Source: Candidatus Annandia pinicola
GTDB taxonomy: Bacteria > Pseudomonadota > Gammaproteobacteria > Enterobacterales > Enterobacteriaceae_A
DNA: 32,000 nt
Reading direction: 5' to 3'
Assembly (NCBI RefSeq): GCF_020541245.1
Contig: NZ_CP045876.1
Span: 286,354 to 318,353, forward strand
Shown here: one piece after another, positions 27,759-32,000 of the stretch
Numbering within the stretch: position 1 is the stretch's first letter
Layout of the letters: every line of letters starts with the position of its first letter
Position numbers and translations under genes: made by a program
The notes under the pieces: generated by a model
The model's input: only the letters and a program-made list of their open reading frames with translations
Databases searched by the model: none
Told to the model about the DNA's origin: nothing

Positions 27759-29288
27759 TTGAATAATAAAGTTATAATTTTTGATACTACTTTGAGAGAT
27801 GGAGAACAATCATTACAATCAAGTTTAAATGTAAATAATAAATTAGAAATCGCTTTTTCTTTAGAACGTATGGGTATTGATATTATTGAAGTTGGATTTC
27901 CTATATCTTCTCCAGGAGAATTTGAATCAGTAAAAACTATAGCAAAAAATATAAAAAAAAGTAGAATATGTGCTTTAGCTAGATGTTTAAAAAAAGATAT
28001 TGATGCTGCTTATGAATCTTTAAAGTTTTCTAATTTTTATAGAATACATATTTTTATTGCTACTTCACCAATACATATAAAAACTAAATTAAAAAGTAAA
28101 TTATCAGATATAATTTGTCTTGCTGTAAATATGGTTAAATATGCAAAAAAATATACTGATGATATAGAGTTTTCTTGTGAAGATGGTGGAAGAACACCAA
28201 TTAATGATTTATGTTATATAATAGAATCAGTTATAAAAGCAGGAGCAAACACAATTAATATACCTGATACTGTTGGATATACATTACCAAATGAATACGG
28301 TAATATTATAAAAAAAATTATGAATAGTGTAATTAATATTGATAAAGCTATTATTTCAGTTCATACTCATAATGATTTAGGAATGGCAACAGGTAATGCT
28401 ATTTCTGCAATACAATATGGGGCAAGACAAGTAGAAGGAACAATTAATGGTTTGGGCGAAAGAGCAGGAAATTGTGCTTTAGAAGAAGTTATTATGGCAA
28501 TACATACTAGAAAAAAAATATTAAATTTATTTACTAATATAAATCATAAAGAAATATATAATACTAGTAAAATTATAAGTAAAATATGCAATATAAATAT
28601 ACCTATGAATAAATCTATAGTTGGTTCTAATGCTTTTTCACATTCTTCAGGTATTCATCAAGACGGGGTTTTAAAAAATAGAGAAAATTATGAAATTATG
28701 ACTCCAAAATTTATTGGATTAAATAAATCAAAATTAAACTTAACATCAAGATCAGGAAGAGCAGCGGTTAAACATAGAATGAAAAAAATGGGTTATAAAA
28801 GTAATGAATATAATATAAATAAATTATATTCTTTATTTTTAAAATTTGCAGATAAAAATGGTCAAGTATTTGATTATAATTTAGAACATTTAGCTTTTTT
28901 AAAAAAAAAAAATGAAATATTAAATTATTTTTCTTTAAAATATTTTAATATTACTTCAAATTTAAAAACTAAATCTACAGCATTTATTAAAATATGGTGT
29001 GGTAAAAATTTAAAATCTGATATATCAATTGGTTATGGACCAATTGATGCTTTATATAAAGTTATAAAAAAAATAACATTATTAAATATTAAAATAATAA
29101 AATATAAATTAAAATTTCAAAATAATAATAAAAAAAAAATCAGTATTACATTAATTTATAATAATCGTAAATTTTACGGTATAGGTATAGATTATGATAT
29201 TTTAAAATCTTCAATTATATCTATAATTAATGCTTTAAATAACATTTGGTTGTCAAATAAAGTAAAAACTAAATTAAAAAAAATATAA
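27759..29288 (+). CDS. leuA: 2-isopropylmalate synthase
   Basis: 509 aa with a TTG start after AAAGGA. Motifs: [12 protein letters not shown] and [37 protein letters not shown]. The C-terminal regulatory domain is recoded. Confidence 0.95.
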   Translation: MNNKVIIFDTTLRDGEQSLQSSLNVNNKLEIAFSLERMGIDIIEVGFPISSPGEFESVKTIAKNIKKSRICALARCLKKDIDAAYESLKFSNFYRIHIFIATSPIHIKTKLKSKLSDIICLAVNMVKYAKKYTDDIEFSCEDGGRTPINDLCYIIESVIKAGANTINIPDTVGYTLPNEYGNIIKKIMNSVINIDKAIISVHTHNDLGMATGNAISAIQYGARQVEGTINGLGERAGNCALEEVIMAIHTRKKILNLFTNINHKEIYNTSKIISKICNINIPMNKSIVGSNAFSHSSGIHQDGVLKNRENYEIMTPKFIGLNKSKLNLTSRSGRAAVKHRMKKMGYKSNEYNINKLYSLFLKFADKNGQVFDYNLEHLAFLKKKNEILNYFSLKYFNITSNLKTKSTAFIKIWCGKNLKSDISIGYGPIDALYKVIKKITLLNIKIIKYKLKFQNNNKKKISITLIYNNRKFYGIGIDYDILKSSIISIINALNNIWLSNKVKTKLKKI

Positions 29289-29305
29289 AAGGATATAAAA
29301 AAATA

Positions 29306-30436
29306 ATGTTTAGTAATTATAAAATAGCTGTTTTACCAGGTGATGGTATTGGTCCAGAAGTTATGAAACAAGTATATAAAATTATATATTTAATAAATAA
29401 AATATTTAAATTAAATATAATTACTAAAGAATATAAAATTGGTGGAATAGCTATTGATGATATAAATATACCGTTACCTTTAAATACTTTATTAGGTTGT
29501 TTAAAATCTAATGCAATTTTATTAGGATCAGTTGGAGGAAATAGATGGGATAATTTGCCATCAAAAAAAAAACCAGAAATAGGATCGTTATTATTTTTAC
29601 GTAAATATTTTAAACTTTTTAATAATTTAAGACCATCAAAATTATATTTAGGATTAGAATATTTGTGTCCTTTAAAAAAAGAAATTTATAATAAAGGTTT
29701 GGATATTTTATGTGTAAGAGAATTAATTAGTGGAATTTATTTTGGAAAACCTAAAGGATATAATGGTTATAATAAATTAAAATATGCTTTTGATACTGAA
29801 ATATACTATAAATTTGAAATTGAGAAAATTGCTCATGTTGCTTTTAAAAAGGCTTTAGAAAGAAAACTTAAAGTTACTTCGGTTGATAAATCTAATGTTT
29901 TACAATCTTCTATATTATGGAGAAAAACTGTTTGCAATATATCTAAACTATATCCTAAAGTAGAATTAAATCATATGTATATAGATAATATTACTATGCA
30001 ATTAATTAAAAATCCATCACAATTTGATGTTATATTGTGTTCTAATTTATTTGGAGATATAATTTCAGATGAATGTGCTATGATTTCTGGTTCTATAGGT
30101 ATGTTACCTTCTGCAAGTTTAAATGAAAATAAATTTGGAATATATGAACCAGCTGGTGGTTCTGCTCCAGATATTTCAGGTAAAAATATAGCTAATCCTA
30201 TAGCTCAAATATTATCTTTTTCAATGTTATTAAAATATAGTTTTAATTTAGTAAAAGAATCTGATATAATAGATAATTCTATAAATAAAGTTTTAAAATA
30301 TGGATATAAAACTAAAGATTTAACATTAAATAGTAAAGATTTTATTAGTACTAGTGAAATTGGGTCTTTAATTTCTTGTTTTATAATTAAGGAAAATAAT
30401 ATTAATGAGCAAAACACTATACGAAAAAATATATAA
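29306..30436 (+). CDS. leuB: 3-isopropylmalate dehydrogenase
   Basis: 376 aa with [13 protein letters not shown] and [26 protein letters not shown]. The 3' end overlaps leuC by 32 nt. Confidence 0.95.
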   Translation: MFSNYKIAVLPGDGIGPEVMKQVYKIIYLINKIFKLNIITKEYKIGGIAIDDINIPLPLNTLLGCLKSNAILLGSVGGNRWDNLPSKKKPEIGSLLFLRKYFKLFNNLRPSKLYLGLEYLCPLKKEIYNKGLDILCVRELISGIYFGKPKGYNGYNKLKYAFDTEIYYKFEIEKIAHVAFKKALERKLKVTSVDKSNVLQSSILWRKTVCNISKLYPKVELNHMYIDNITMQLIKNPSQFDVILCSNLFGDIISDECAMISGSIGMLPSASLNENKFGIYEPAGGSAPDISGKNIANPIAQILSFSMLLKYSFNLVKESDIIDNSINKVLKYGYKTKDLTLNSKDFISTSEIGSLISCFIIKENNINEQNTIRKNI

Positions 30437-31808
30437 TAATCATATAGTATATAAAAATATTGATGAAGAAACTATATTATATATTGATAAACATTTAATA
30501 CACGAAGTAACTTCTCCTCAAGCTTTTGATGGATTAAGAATAAATAATCGTAAGGTACGTTGTCCATCTAAAACTTTTGCTACCATGGATCATAATGTTT
30601 CTACTAAAACCAAAGATATAGAAGCTTCTGGAAATTTAGCAAGTATTCAAATGAAAACATTAATTAAAAATTGTAAAGATTTTAAAATTAAATTATATGA
30701 TTTAAATCATCCTTTACAAGGAATCGTGCATGTTGTAGGACCAGAACAAGGAATTACTTTACCTGGTAATACTATAGTATGCGGTGACTCACATACTGCT
30801 ACTCATGGCGCATTTGGTGCTTTATCTTTTGGAATAGGAACTTCAGAAGTAGAACATGTATTAGCCACTCAAACTTTAAAACAAAGTAAATTTAAAAATA
30901 TGAAAATAGAAATATTTGGAGAATTAAAGCCTTATATTTCAGCTAAAGATATAGCTTTGTTTATTATTGGTAAAATTGGTCATTCTGGTGGAACAGGATA
31001 TATAATAGAATTTTGTGGATCCGTAATTAAAAATTTAAGTATGGAAGGAAGAATGACTTTGTGCAATATGTCTATTGAAATGGGGGCAAAATCTGGATTA
31101 ATAGCTCCTGATAATATAACTTTTAAATACTTAAAAAATAAAAAGTTTTCACCTAAAGGAAAATATTGGGAAAAAGCAGTAAATTATTGGAAAAAATTAA
31201 AATCAGATATAAATAGTAATTTTGATAAAATTTTTAAATTTAATATAACAAATATTAAACCTCAAGTTACATGGGGTACTAATCCTGGTCATGTAATTGG
31301 TATTGATCAAAATATACCAAATCCTAAATTATATAATAATATTGAAGAACAAATATCAGCTCAAAATGCTTTATATTATATGAATTTAAATCATGGTGTT
31401 AATTTAAAAAAAATTAAAATAGATAAAATTTTTATAGGATCATGTACTAATTCTAGAATAGAAGATTTAAGGTCTATTGCTTATATTGTTAATGGTAAAA
31501 AAATATCTAAAAATATAAAACAAGCTATTATTGTACCAGGATCTAATCCAGTTAAAATTCAAGCTGAAAAAGAAAATTTACATAAAATATTTATAAATTC
31601 AGGTTTTGAATGGAGATTACCAGGATGTTCTATGTGTTTGGCTATGAATGATGATAAACTTAATCCAGGAGACAGATGTGCTTCTACAAGTAATAGAAAT
31701 TTTGAGGGAAGACAAGGTAGGGATAGTAGAACTCATTTATTAAGTCCATTAATGGCAGCAGCATCAGCAATAAAAGGATATTTTTCTGATGTAAGAGATT
31801 TTTTTTAA
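30405..31808 (+). CDS. leuC: 3-isopropylmalate dehydratase large subunit
   Basis: 467 aa with MSKTLYEKI (compare E. coli MAKTLYEKL), [37 protein letters not shown] and [10 protein letters not shown]. Confidence 0.96.
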   Translation: MSKTLYEKIYNNHIVYKNIDEETILYIDKHLIHEVTSPQAFDGLRINNRKVRCPSKTFATMDHNVSTKTKDIEASGNLASIQMKTLIKNCKDFKIKLYDLNHPLQGIVHVVGPEQGITLPGNTIVCGDSHTATHGAFGALSFGIGTSEVEHVLATQTLKQSKFKNMKIEIFGELKPYISAKDIALFIIGKIGHSGGTGYIIEFCGSVIKNLSMEGRMTLCNMSIEMGAKSGLIAPDNITFKYLKNKKFSPKGKYWEKAVNYWKKLKSDINSNFDKIFKFNITNIKPQVTWGTNPGHVIGIDQNIPNPKLYNNIEEQISAQNALYYMNLNHGVNLKKIKIDKIFIGSCTNSRIEDLRSIAYIVNGKKISKNIKQAIIVPGSNPVKIQAEKENLHKIFINSGFEWRLPGCSMCLAMNDDKLNPGDRCASTSNRNFEGRQGRDSRTHLLSPLMAAASAIKGYFSDVRDFF

Positions 31809-31828
31809 AATTTAAAATGGTTATATAT

Positions 31829-32000
31829 ATGAAAAAATTACTAAATCATGTAGGTACAGTATTACCTTTAAATATACCTAATGTAGATACAGATGCTATT
31901 ATTCCTAAACAATTTTTACAAAGAGTTCATAAAAAAGGTTTTGGTAAATATTTATTTTATAATTGGCGTTTTCTAAATGATAATATTAATAAAATTAATT
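31829..32000 (+). CDS. leuD: 3-isopropylmalate dehydratase small subunit, 5' partial (runs off the window)
   Basis: My translation is [51 protein letters not shown]..., matching the LeuD N-terminus (..[19 protein letters not shown]). An in-frame alternative ATG lies at 31817. Confidence 0.9.
   Translation, partial: MKKLLNHVGTVLPLNIPNVDTDAIIPKQFLQRVHKKGFGKYLFYNWRFLNDNINKIN

Noticed and set aside
27546-27809. 87-aa minus-strand ORF
   Set aside because: It overlaps tRNA-Gly in antisense and the leuA start region, so it is spurious.
30205-30417. 70-aa minus-strand ORF inside leuB
   Set aside because: It is antisense to conserved leuB and low complexity, so it is spurious.

Overview
This window is a core housekeeping region from an extremely AT-rich, highly reduced gammaproteobacterial genome of the Enterobacterales-derived obligate insect-endosymbiont type. 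I cannot assign a species from the sequence alone. Proteins are heavily recoded toward K/N/I/Y/F, spacers are tiny, and the standard genetic code applies. Gene order, left to right: tRNA-Tyr and tRNA-Thr, then a complete rRNA operon on the minus strand (16S, tRNA-Ile, tRNA-Ala, 23S, 5S). Next come mnmG, atpBEFHAGDC, (minus strand) mnmE-yidC-rnpA-rpmH, dnaN, gyrB, tRNA-Phe, groES-groEL, a 946-aa MscK/MscM-like mechanosensitive channel (minus strand), tRNA-Gly, and leuA-leuB-leuC-leuD (leuD truncated by the window edge). This is collinear with the E. coli oriC-proximal region, except that dnaA, recF, rsmG, atpI and yidD are cleanly missing. I see no mobile elements, CRISPR, phage, toxin or defence genes, and no convincing novel multi-gene system. 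The most unusual signals are RNA-level and replication-related. (1) A roughly 330-nt, almost pure A/T insertion sits in the 16S rRNA gene at the helix-9 loop. (2) dnaA is completely absent from its conserved slot, and the classical oriC position next to mnmG is a box-less spacer flanked by divergent operons. (3) A 2.8-kb channel gene is kept open despite extreme AT-driven recoding. (4) Many long in-frame poly(A) tracts occur in essential genes. All coordinates for RNA genes come from hand alignment to remembered E. coli rRNA/tRNA sequences and may be off by a few nucleotides.
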